From Lama glama (taxonomy: Eukaryota): a stretch of 64,000 nucleotides of DNA. The stretch spans positions 76,882,001 through 76,946,000 of the forward strand of contig CM052816.1 of the NCBI GenBank assembly GCA_028534125.1, written 5' to 3'. Both the position numbers and the translations under genes were made by a program. The notes below the pieces were generated by a model. The model had not been told where the DNA came from and did no database searches. It saw only the letters and a program-made list of their open reading frames with translations. Of the stretch, positions 1 to 12,469 are shown piece after piece. Positions within the stretch are counted from its first letter, which is position 1. Every line of letters begins with the position of its first letter.

Positions 1-205
1 AAGGTTCAAATTCTGGCTAAGTTTGAATTCTACTTCTATTGCTTACTCACTCTCTGACCTTGGGTAGTTTTTTTAACTATCAAATGGAAACTAGATAATA
101 ACATATACCCCAAAGGGGTGTTTTGAAAAATTAAATAAAATTACATATGCAAACTGCCTAAAATGGTGCCTGGCAAAAAGTCAGTGATTTATTAATGTTA
201 TTGTC
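1..205 (+). mobile_element. MIR SINE relic
   Basis: ggttcaaattctggct...tgaccttgggtag...aaatggaaactagataataaca...aattaaataaaattacatatgcaaa...gtgcctggca resembles the MIR core and 3' end. Confidence 0.65.
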
Positions 206-1412
206 ATTAATCTCAGAAAATTCCTGTAAGTTTATTGTTTCTGTTTCTTCTTTATTTGCTTTACTATAATTAAAAATCCATCTCATTCTTTCCATCACAT
301 CAGACTAGATTTTTGCTTTTGAGAATTCCGGTATTAGTAATTATATTTTGGTATATTTTATAGAGTCCACAGTAAGAATTTAGAGCCAATCATATTATAG
401 TAAGGTAAGTCTACCCATTTTTTTTAACTTTTTTTTGCTCCCTGAAAAACAAAGATGCTTTTCTTTAGACTTATTTTGTATACATGCAAATATAGTCCTT
501 GTTGTATTTGAAAGTGACCATGGATTTTGCAAAGCAAAATATTCCACTGCTAAACACGAGTGCAACGTAGGAAGACTTCAGCACTTGTTCTCCCAAGCTT
601 AGTAAGGAGCAAGACACTTACAGAGTTGAGTGTCTCATGAAGCCTGTCAAATTATCTCTTGACAGTTTTCCAAAAATGATAATAATTTTTTAAAAATCCA
701 GCAATCCCTCTCCATCTCCCAGCCCTGCTTCCCTCTGGTTTTGCTGCACCCTCAGGCAAGCCCGCTGCGGGTGGCTGCCAGAGCTCCAGGAGGCCTCCTG
801 GAGACCCAGATTCAGTGGAAGAGCAGTCACATCCCTTCCTGGGCAGCTCGAGTTATTTCGGCAGGCGAGGGAGAGCAGATGCCAGGCAGGCAGAGGAGCA
901 GGGGCGCACCACAGAAAGTCTCGTAAGCCTGCGTCAAGATGAAATGGTAGCACATGGGTTTCAGAATAGGTCAGTTTTCAGAGTTTCCAGTTCATCATTC
1001 CCCAAACCTACATCTAATTTCTCACCTTCAGGCCTTACATCACTCTCCTGTGGCAATGCCTCCTGACTGTCAAAACCTTTTCCATGAAAAGATAAGTCAC
1101 AAATGACTAGTAGACAGTTCTTCTTCTGTTTGGGCAACGGTTTATAAATATCCATTTACAGTGGCTTATTCTCTTTGTGTACAGCTTTCATATCACTTCT
1201 GAATCTATCAAACCATACTGAATTAAAATAACACAAACCATATAAATTAAAATAACAAGATGTCATTTTCTCCTGTCGAATTCAGTAGAATTTTTAATGT
1301 TCATTCTATGATAAACAAAGTAAGTAATAATAGCTTATTAGGCAAATGGTGCTGGGACATTGATAAATGACTTAAGAACAACAACAACAAAAACTCCATA
1401 AAAATAAATCCC

Positions 1413-1508
1413 GGGGGGAGGGGAATAGCTCAATGGTAAAGCTTGTGCTTAGCACGCACAAGGTCCTGGGTTCAATTCCCAGTACCTACATTAAAAAAAA
1501 AAAAAAAA
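1413..1508 (+). mobile_element. tRNA-Ala-derived SINE (camelid type)
   Basis: G-rich leader, TAGCTCAATGGTA (A box), CTTAGCACG anticodon arm, GGTTCAATTCCC (B box), poly-A tail. Confidence 0.85.
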
Positions 1509-2073
1509 GATCCTGATCCCACACCTAATTCTAAAAGAAATTACTAATACTTTTACAAAGTTAAATGTGAAAAAATGAATCCAAAGAGAAGTAGGAGGAA
1601 GTATAAGGTTAATAATTATGTGTGTTCTAAGGGTAGGGAAGGCTTTCCTAAACATAAGTCTAATGATAGAAATTATACATAAAAGAATTTATTAATTGGA
1701 TTAGAGAAAAAGGAGTAAGTCCTATATATCAGAAAAGAATTTTAACTTTATGATAAAAATGAACTGGACAAAATATTTCTAACATAACTGTTATCAATTG
1801 GAAATTTTTATTCATCAGATTCACAAGGGAACTAATTCTCCCTACCTTAAGCCCCCAAAAACAGCTGCCAAAAGAGAAAATGATCTATTCCTGTGAGAAC
1901 TGTGCCTGGCAAGGAAGGTTACAAGTCAAGTGTGCAAGGACTGAGCAGTTTTTAAAACTCCAAGAGGACTGTGATAGTGAGGAGAGAGCATGAAGAGAGG
2001 GTAATATTTTTAATAATTACCATAAGCAAAAAACTTTGGAAAGAGGCAGAAATATCTAAAAGGAATTAGAAAG

Positions 2074-2324
2074 GGACAGATTGGGATTTCAAAATGTAGA
2101 ATAGATAAACAATATTATACTGTATAGCACAGGGAAATATATACAAAATCTTGTGGTAGCTCACAGTGAAAAAAAAATGTGACAATGAATATATATATGT
2201 TCACGTATAACTGAAAAATTGTGCTCTACACTGGAATTTGACACAATATTGTAAAATGATTATAACTCAATAAAAATGTTAAATGAATGAATGAATGAAT
2301 AAATAAATAAATAAATAAATAAAT
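2074..2324 (+). mobile_element. Young 5'-truncated L1 3' end with (TGAA)n(TAAA)n tail and 16-bp TSD
   Basis: TSD AAAAG(G/A)AATTAGAAAG at 2058-2073 and 2325-2340; L1 3'UTR-like tactgtatagcacagggaaatatatacaa; AATAAA before tail. Confidence 0.85.
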
Positions 2325-2354
2325 AAAAGAAATTAGAAAGCTTTTCCTATACTG

Positions 2355-2720
2355 TATAAATAGAGAAAAAGCAACAGGAAATAGAGTAGAAAAGTGGTTG
2401 CCAGGGGCTGGGGTGATGGAAAAAAAAAAAGGGAGAGGTGGTTAGTCAAGGGTAGAAACTTTCATTGTAAGATGTATAAAATCTGAGGACCTAAATAGTA
2501 AACCTTGGTGACTACAGTTCTCTATTGTTTAATTGGAGTCTGCTGAAAGACTGGAACTTAAATGTTCTCACCGTCCCCACCCCCCAAAAAAGGTACATAT
2601 GTGAGGCGATAGAGTGTTAATTAACTTGGTGGGGGAATCTTTTGTATGTATATCAAATCATCACATTATATTCTTAAAATGTCTTACAATTTTATTTGTC
2701 AATTATAGCTCATTAACTGG
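2355..2720 (+). mobile_element. Older L1 (L1MA-like) 3' end
   Basis: agtagaaaagtggttgccaggggctgggg...cttaaatgttctcacc...atgtgagg...caaatcatcacatt...caattttatttgtcaatta. Confidence 0.75.
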
Positions 2721-2922
2721 GTGAGGGAGGAAATGGAATATTTAAAATGCCATGTCCCATAATACTCAAATAGTATTAAACTCCTTAAAGCATTAATTCA
2801 ATTTAGAATGCATTTCCTACATGTTTGTATTTAAAATCCTCATTTCTGCATACTTGGAATAGCCAGTTCTTGTATTTTGAAGATTAGTCTTAATTCACAA
2901 TATTTTTTGCTTTGCTTCTTAG

Positions 2923-3079
2923 GTACCAGCAAAGGCCAAACATCTTACTCAACAATGTCCCTGCCACCGCCTCCACCATCCCATCTGGCCAGCCAACCAC
3001 CATTGCCAGCATCTTACCCAACACAATCACCAGTTCCAAGTCTACCTCCCAGAAACATTAAACCTCCCTTAGATCTCAA
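2923..3079 (+). CDS. FYB1: FYB1 exon, proline-rich region (157 nt, phase 1->2)
   Basis: tttgcttcttag|GT ACC AGC AAA...CTC AA|gtaagc; encodes TSKGQTSYSTMSLPPPPPSHLASQPPLPASYPTQSPVPSLPPRNIKPPLDLK. Confidence 0.95.
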
Positions 3080-6000
3080 GTAAGCAAAAGATTATCTTGC
3101 TATTTCTTTGTCAATCTCTTGCCATGGATTTTCAAACTATGCTTGGCTGAATGCAGAGGGTTCCATGGTAAACTGATGGAGCCACAAGGGGGGCGGTTGG
3201 CAGGGAGAAGGAAGGACGGAGCAGGCTGCTCTCACACCTCCATACCCTTGAGCAACTGTTATTTATTTGTTTTTAATGGTGGTTTTCTCCTTAAGAGTTC
3301 ATTTGAAGACAATTTCCAATGCCTGTTTAGAAGTTCTGAAGCATTTTTCAGGTCAGCACCACCGTCTCCTTCACCATCACATCATCATTATCACCACCAC
3401 CACCACCACCGTTATCATCATCACCATTATCACTACCGCCAATATCATCATCACTGTCATCATCACCATCACCACCACCACCACCATTATCATCACCAAC
3501 ACCACTACCACCACCATATTTTACTGACCGCCTATGATGTTCTAGGCACTTCACATAAGTAATCACTATAGCCTTATGGACTGGAGACTGTTGTCATCAT
3601 TTCACAGATGGGTAAATGGAACTTTACAAACTTCACAGAAGCTAAGTAACTTCTCCAAGATCACACAGAATGTATATTGGAAAGGTGAGCCGATGTCAGT
3701 CTGAATCCAAAGTAAATGCGTGCTTTTAACCACTCTGCTAAATAACCTCCTTTAAGTAAAAAATGCAGGTTTTCTCTGAATCTTCAGATTTTTGGCTGTG
3801 TATTTAAAAACTAGGAAACGCTTATTCAAGCCCACTCTCACTTTTCTTAGATTGTACTTTTTAGAAATGTTAAAACTGTATGGGCTATTATATATGGGCT
3901 CTTTATCCATGACTTACCAGAATAGCTGCTTGAGGAAAAAGCAAGCAGAGGTTGGAATGGAATGAAATGTTGTTTCAAAAAGAAATATTCAGACAGTGAC
4001 AAACATACCTCCTTACAAATCACAGTAGGTCTTCCCTCTATTGCTTTGCGTGATTCTCCTTGACCACAAATAAGTAGGATCCCGAAAATATTGAGCTACA
4101 GTTTGTTTTTCCTTCACTTCAGTCCCCTACCAGATGGATGTTCATTACATTTAAAGCACTTAATATCCATAATCCATATAATAGAATCTGTTAATGTCAA
4201 TATCTGGTTGACAGCTTTCCTTTGATGCTGTTGATTACGATTTAGACTAGGGGTTGAAAACAACTTGACATGGATAGCTACCACTATACTTCACTTTGTT
4301 ATGCTTTTTTGGGAGGAGGAGCGTGGATTAAAGGCATAACTCCAACTAACTAGAAGGTGTTAGAGCAGCTTAGTGGCTATTATCTTATATAAAACCTGCA
4401 TTGTGCATTTATCTTAACCACATGCCCTTCCAGGCATTTGAGTTTATGACATCCAGTTACCAAATACAGGTGTAAGCCATCTGCCTACAAACACATAAGT
4501 GCCGAATAAATATTTGTGTCATTTGTTTCTATATACACTTGATTTCTCTGTAAATTACTTTCCTTTCATATGTATTAAATCGTGTGTCTTTTTCCTAATT
4601 TTTTTCCTATTCTGATGAACTTGACCCATTAGATTTTAACCTTAGTACTTTGGAACTTTATCACATGACTCTATCCCAGCTACTAGCTCCCAGGAGGCTT
4701 CAGAATCCTGTCTAATTCTAGAGAGAAATTTCAATAAATACCTTGAGCATGAGATCCTGATCACTCATAAGACATAAAGACTAGTAACTATTTGATTGAA
4801 GAAATGGAGAGGAGGAGTATTGGACACAAGTCCTGCTATCTGGGGAGCCCTCAAGACCACCCAGATCCACTCAATGGATGCGTGGGTCTCAGTGTGTGAT
4901 GGTGCTCATGGCTAAGATTTATCGCAGTCACACTCTTCTTCTGAACCTGGGAGTAGACAAAGTCAGACTGCTCCTTTCTCCAGCTACAAAAATGCAATAC
5001 ATGTGTAATGTTGCATCCGAAGGAAGCCCATTAGAGGCAGCTTTTTGCTGAGAGCTGGCACCTACACACCTATCTTCTGCCTAGCAACTACCAAAATACC
5101 CAGACTTCTGAAAGGAACGCGAGTATTTACCATAAGTTACGTGGTTTGTACAGTCCAAGCACAGCAAAGGACTCATCATTCGGCAACTTTTCCTATCTGT
5201 TCAGGGAATGCTTTAGGAGCTGAATTTCCAGATACAAGCTGACAGCCAATCTTGTTAGCAGATTCTTTTAAAAAGAGCAGCTTCAGGCCTGCTCTGTTAA
5301 CTCTTTCCTGTAAACCTCTTCCCTTAGAATCCATTGTGATAAAGCGAGGGCTAAAAATTTAGCAGGAAGAAAGCATTTCAAAAACAGTCCTATAACCTGG
5401 ACCAAACATCATATGGATGTTGGTCAGTTTCCCACCTTTGCAGGAAATTCTTGTGAAGTTGAAAAGGGCCTGCTAACCAGCCAAGCTCAAATTCTTACTT
5501 GTAATATTGTTTTCATAAGAAATTAGTACAAGCCACCAACTGTAATAAACTTTACTTCATTCCTATTTCCTTCTTATTGAGAACTCCTAATTAGAGAGTC
5601 TGATTCATCTTAGAGTTACCAACTCCTCAAAATGCACACTCTCCGAACAAAAAAGGTGGAAAGAAACCAGAATCTTAAATGCTACATTGCCTAGATAAGC
5701 TAGAGTTGGAGTATCTGGAAGTTAATTGTCAGATGGGGAGAACACAGAGAATGAAATCTAAGGGACATCTATAACATTTTTTTTCCCCAAAAAGTAAAAA
5801 TGTGATGGATAGTGAAAGATACTGAAGCTCCCATCAGAGAGCTCAAGGAAAATCCGAAATGAAGAAATATGTGGGTTGGAAACTTTTGCCCAAGTAGGGG
5901 AAGCTAGATAAAACACAAAGAGGAAATGAAAGTAAAATAGGTCTTGATATTCAGACTTACAAATTTATATTTCATGTGAGAGGGAAATTTATGGGATGAT

Positions 6001-9000
6001 CTTTAGGTAAAATTGTGAAAGATCAGTGTTTCTGTGTTTTTCCTCATGCTACCAGCCTTCCAAACTCATACATGGGTGTTCCCAGGTGCTCCCTCTGCAT
6101 CCTGCAAACGTGGCTCCTCCATCCCCCACCGCAAATCACTGGCCACGCTCGGGTCAAGATCTAATAGGTTTTTTTAATTCATGCAATAATTAATAGTAAT
6201 CATCCCCTACTTTGTGTCTTTCTAGGAAGAATTCAGGGAATATCAGAAAACAAAATAAAGATGGTTGCCCACATAAAACGGGGTGAGAGGCATAAGGAAT
6301 AAAAATAATAAACAGGTGAAGGATATAGTATATTAGGAACTATCAAGTGCTCTGGGAGAAAACAGAGCAGGGTTAGGTGGTGTCATTTGAGGGTGAGCTG
6401 GGGACAGCATGTTGCAACTTTGAAGAGAGAGGTGGGGGTAGCTCCCTTTATGGGAAGTTATGCTTGAGCAAAGACTCAAGGAAGTGAAGGAGTTAGGTAT
6501 GCAGATATCTGGAGGAAGACCATTCCAGAATGTTCAAGAACCCGGAAGCAGGGAGCCTGGGCTGGAGTAGATGAACAAGAGAAGGATAGTGGAAAACACT
6601 CAGCTCGTGCAGGACCCTGCAGGTCACGACAGAGACCGCGGCTCTTATCCTAAGTGAAACGGGAAGCACTGAAAGAGCCTGAGCAGAGCAGTGAGGTTTT
6701 CTGACTTATGTTTTATAAATATCACCTGAACAGCTGTCTGAAAAGAGACAGGAGGCAAACATTGAAGAAGGGAAGCCAGTTAGGCAGATAATGCAGAAAT
6801 GCAAGCAAGATGTGGAGGTGGCTCTAACTAGGATGGTGCAATGGAGGTGGTGAGAGGGGTCTGGATTCTGGTCATATTTTAAAGGTAGAGACAACAGAAT
6901 TTGGATTTGGGGTATGAAAGAAAAAGGGGACCCAAGGTGGCTTCAAGGTTTTTGGGCCCGAGTAACTGCAAGGATGATGTTTCCATCAACTGAAATGGGA
7001 GAGGCTGAAGATGAGCAGGTTTGGGGCTGGGGACGGTCAGGAGGGCCTGGCTATGTTAAGCATGTGGTGTCTCTTAAACATCCAAGTCTTGGAGTTGTTG
7101 AGGAGGCAACTGGGGATAAGAAATGAAGTTTGGGAATGGATTCTGGGTTAAAAATACATATTTGAGCATCAGGGGCATATAAATCCATACTTAAAGCCAC
7201 GAGACTGTTAAAATCACCAAGGAAGTGAGTAGAGCTCGAAAAGAACCGAGCCCTGGGGCACTCGAACTCTCCTAGGCCTGGGAGAAGAAAACTCAGTAAA
7301 AGAGAATAAAAAAGAGCAACCAAGAAAGTAGGAAAAACCCCGAGTGTAGTGTCCTGGAAGCCAAGTAAAGACAGAATTCCCGGGAGGAGACAGTGATCAG
7401 CTGCTAAAGGCCAAATAAGTGAGAAGCGTGGAGGTCAGCGTGGGTGACGTGTGGGGAGTAGCTGGGTTACAGCCTGACTGCAATAGCTTTACAAGCGCCT
7501 GGAAGGAGAGGAAATGGAAAGAGCAATTACAGGCGACTGTTTAAAGGAGAAAAAGGAAGCCAAAAAAATGGGGCAGTAACTGGTGAGGAAAGTGGAATTG
7601 AGATTTTTTTTTTTTTAAGATGGAAGAAATAACAGCAGGTTTGTATGCTTGTGGGAGAGACAAGCAGGAACGAGGGGGAAATGATGGGGAGAGGGGAGAA
7701 TTCCCAGAACCAAGGACTAGAACAACCAGGAACTAGCGCTCAGGTGAGGGAGGGACTGGCTTCCCAAGGGCATAAATGGCCGATAAGGCTCACAGTTCTT
7801 CGGGGTGGAGGGCCTGTATTGCTTAAGGCAAGAAACCAAATCTCTCATTGGGATCAAAGAATTTCAGGAGATAGCGTGGCCTTGATCACCTGCCTGCTTC
7901 CCAGAAGTCACTGGTAATTGTGTCATGCAGGTCAGGATGCCTTAAGAATGTGAAGGATTGGAGACAAGTGAGAATCGGAAATAATAAACGTCTTTCAACA
8001 AAAATGGTTGAGGCTGAAGTTGCATCGTATTTTAAATTGTATTGTTTCCCCACCTAGTGGTCAGAAATCAGCTAGTTCCTTTTTCAGCTCTTTCACTCAG
8101 ATGTCGAAAGACGAATGGACTGAAAGGGGTCAGAAGGGCTTGTTTATCATTTTCAGGGTTCAAATCAACATCTTTAGGGTAACTCATTTCTTGGTACCAT
8201 TTTTTAAAATGACTTACAATTTTAACAGTATAATTCAGAACCAATGGCTGAGTATTTTGGTATACAAAACAAATTGCATTGTTATTAATAGTAATGAGAC
8301 AGGAAACATCAAGTAAGAAGAAATAATAAATAATGGAAGTGACTCAGGCTGGAAAAGGAATAGTTAAACAGTTTTTACCCTGCTGTCATTCTTAGTGTAA
8401 GATATTTTATTTTCTGACTCTAAAATTAGAGGATAAGTAAGAATTTACCATTATAACCTTTTTAATAATTAGAAATGCTTAACATTTTCCAGAATTTGAG
8501 ACTTGCCATATCAGTGGTGCATTCCCAGACAGTCTTACCTAAGTCCATGTGGAAAGCATTGGCTTAAACAAGTCATAGTTTTATCACTCCTCATGCATTA
8601 AATACCAGAAGACGTGTTCCAGGGAAGAGTTCAAGGGATTTCCATTCTCAGTGAGGGCAGGTTTAGAACAAAGTTTTGTTTGTCACTTAGATTTCCTCCT
8701 TCTTCTTTAAAACATTAACTGACAATGTAAAAGCTAAAGTCATGAATAAAGGTCATGAATAGCAAATAAGTATAAAAGTCAACAGCTTCACATCTTTAAA
8801 AGTCAGGAAATAGAGCTCTGATAGCTTTATAAACATGACAGTCGTGACAGTAAATCAATTTTGCTTTCCCTATTTAATTCTGCACACTAAGGCATAAAAA
8901 CAAAGAGCTATGGTGGAAGGCCTTCTCGAATAGACATATTATTGTAACAGTTTATAAGCTTCCTTTCTTCCTTACCAGCTCCCTCTGCTTATTTGTCTAT

Positions 9001-12000
9001 GACTTGCTTGTGACTAGTTTTGTTGTTTGTCTCTTTATCTCTACTTGGAGCTTTTCTCTCAATGCTTTTTTTTTTTGAGCAATTGGTGACAGTTTGATCT
9101 GAGTCTATGCATGACATTCACCTATGTCTCCCCCTCATCTTTCTCCATTTTATTCTTCACTATGATTCCTATTCTTAACACTATTTCATATTTAGTGAAT
9201 ATTTTAACATTTTGCATACAGTGAAGTCAGACGTATACAAAATTAACTAAAACGTATATGCCATAATGTTGGGTCCATGAATAAATGTGTACGTGCAAAC
9301 ATTACCCACAAGCAATAAATGGTTTGCGTTAAAGTGCAGACACACACTGAACGTGCTATGCAGACACCCTTCCTTTTGCAAATATCTATTATTCATCCAG
9401 TGTTTCAGGAATTAAACTGCAAGACCAGTAGTCTTTTTGACTTAATATTCTTTTTCAAAAGTGATAATAAACAATTCACTTTAGGAATAAATGTTAGTTT
9501 CTTAGTACTACTAGGACATCATTTATTTATCCAAAAAAAATCAAAGTCCTGTACCTAACAGGAGTTACTCTAATAGCTTCCTAAAAATGGCAGTCATAGA
9601 ACTAAATTAACAAAGTGATCATCTCTTTCTTCAAAGGGCTTATGGTCTAGTAGGAGGAAGAGAGACCTGCAAGCGATTCCTCTGTAGTCATAGTAACACG
9701 GGACCATCACTATGGTGGAGCCATGTATGACATGTGGAGGCAGCAACTGTGTGAGCTCGGGGGAGTTGGGGATAACTTCACAGAGGAGAGGGTGTTTAAG
9801 AAGAAGCTTATAGATTAAGGAGAGCCACAAGCAGGGGATGATGATGAGGAAGGATCATTCCAGAGAAGGGAAACAGCATGGGCTAAGCATGGAGGAACAA
9901 GAAACCAGGGAGTGTTCAGAGAATAAGTAAATTAATTCAGTATGAATATGTGAAGATGATGTTAGAAGAGGAAACAGGCCAAATAAATCTGCAAAAGAGC
10001 AGGGCTGATCTTAAGAACCTGTACACCTTGAAAATGACTGTTGATGTTATTCTGTAGAATGTCACTGTATTTTGAAGTCTAAAGTATTTACATCTTGTGC
10101 TTTTAATTAATATTCATTAAAGTTAATAATGCAAAGGCCTAATTTAAGTACTTAAATTCACATAATATAACTTACTATACCCTATTTCTACATCTAGTAG
10201 TTTTTATTAAATAAGAAGAATTCAGGGGGATCTTTGATTAATGATTGGACAACTCAGACTAAATTCTTGCAAATCAATAGTTATATTTATAATAAATTTA
10301 GGTAATTAAACTCCCTTACACCTTTTACATTTCATGTATAAATTTATATGAATTTTATTTTTAAGCATTTCCAATACTTCGCTGAACAAATTTAATAACT
10401 CCACCAAGAAAAACCCTCTCAAGAACTTAAATGAGTCTTATAAGTCTACTAAACCACATCCGGTTCTCTTAAATATTCGACCTGCATTTGCAATTGGATT
10501 TTTCTTATACTTTTTTAAGGAACATAATTTATTTTGAAAAATTTTAAGCATATGAAAGGCAGGGAGAGTAGTATAATGAACCCCATTTCCCCTTCCCCAA
10601 CTTCAACAATTATAAACTCATTACCAATCTTGTTTTTCATCTGTGCCCTACTTACTTCCCTCTTCTCATATTATTTTGAAACTAATACCAAACATCGTAT
10701 AATTACACCCATAAATATTTCAGTCAGTATCCCCGAAATTAGACTGTATGTATTCATATAAAACAACACGTCATTGTTCAAATTTCCAATAGTCTCTTAA
10801 ATCATGTTGGTTTTTTGTTTGCTTGAATTAGAATCTAAGCAAAGTCTATAACTTGTATGTTTTGTAATCCTTTTTCAAGCTATAGGTTCACCCTCTATTA
10901 CTTTCTTTTTATTTATTGAGACTTATTTGTTGAACAAATCACGTTGTTTGGGGGCATTATTGTTGCCCACAGTCTAGACGGTGCTGATTGCTTCTTGTAG
11001 CACAGCTTATGTGGTCCCGTTCCTCTGCATTTCCTGCAAATTGGTAATTGGATATAGAGGGGGGCTTGATCAAATTTAGTTCTATTTTTTTAATTAATTA
11101 ATTTGTTTACTTAGGTAAGACTCCTTCCTAGGTGATGGTGTATTCTTTCATTAGGAGCTCCTGATTTTGGCTGACTCTCTTCTGTGAGGTCATCAGCCTC
11201 TACGCTCAGCCCTTAGAGTCCTTGCTTTTCAACCAAAATGATAAAGCCTAACTCACAAATTTTTAAATGATGTGACACAGAATATCCAATTGAATATCTA
11301 CTGTAACAAATCTTCTTAAATACTACAAATACTGAAAATATTGGATGCACATATTTTGTCCCAATGATTAGAAAATTTATTTCACAGATTTTTGTACCAT
11401 GGGTTTGAATTACTTCATTGTTTCTGTATTTAATTCTGAATCTTCCAAGATTAAGAAAAACAAATGTTTTTTTCTCATTAAGAAAAACAAATGTCATGTC
11501 AAGATCAATCTAACTGGGTCTTTACATTTAACTAAACAATAAGATGTATATGTGTGTGTGTGTGTGTGTATATATATACACACACACACACACACATATG
11601 TTAAATTTTAAATGCTCAATTTTTTTAAAATGAGTTTATTAGATAACAGTTTATGATCACATACGTTTATCATCTTGGGTGGAAACAGATATGCATGTCC
11701 ATGGCAATTCTTCCTGAGCCACAAGTGTACCCACTAAGCCCTTTTTTATGGTCTCAGTGATAACAAGGCACTTCCAGTTCACATTCTTTCTTTTTTTTTT
11801 TTTTTCCATAGAGGTACTGAGAATTGAACCCAGGGATTCGTGCATGCTAAGCATGCGCTCTACCACTGAGCTGTGCCCACTGCTCCCCTGCCCCCCATAT
11901 TGTTTAAACAGTGATAATTTTGCAGTTGGCATCTCCTGGGTTTAAGTAACACTCTTTCTTAATTCTTTAAGTGGCTACAGTATTGAATATGACATTGACA

Positions 12001-12420
12001 GAATCATATTTCAGTCGCTTTGGCAGCAGTGTGAAGGAGGGACTGTAAGGGTAGAAAAGATGAAGAGTAATTCTCATCATTGGAGACTGTTCGGATCCAC
12101 ATGAGAGATGATAGAGTCCTGGTCTTGTGTCTACCAGGACAGAGGAGAGAAATGGAAGGAGAAGTGAATTATAGGTGACGTTAAATATGCAGAACTTGAT
12201 TGATTTGATGTGGGACTGAAGAACAGTGAGAAATAATGGATGACTTGAGGCTTAGGAGGATATGTGAATTGTGGTGCGGTTCACCGAGGTAAGAAACCTA
12301 GTAGGAAAAACAGGTTTAGGCTGGGATAAAACAGGGGAAACCTCAGCTTCTGGGATGTTAATATAGAGCCGGCAGTGGGACATACAAATAAAGATCGATA
12401 GGTAGATGGATGGATGGATG

Positions 12421-12469
<49 letters not shown>

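Noticed and set aside
3119..3566. Poly-His / poly-Thr-Ile / Gly-Asp ORFs
   Set aside because: Translations of the (CAC/CAT)n repeat in an intron; no splice or homology support.
11806..11880. Possible functional tRNA-Ala(AGC) gene
   Set aside because: Acceptor and T-stem mismatches, G-rich leader, poly-A tail and multiple diverged dispersed copies with TSDs indicate a SINE.
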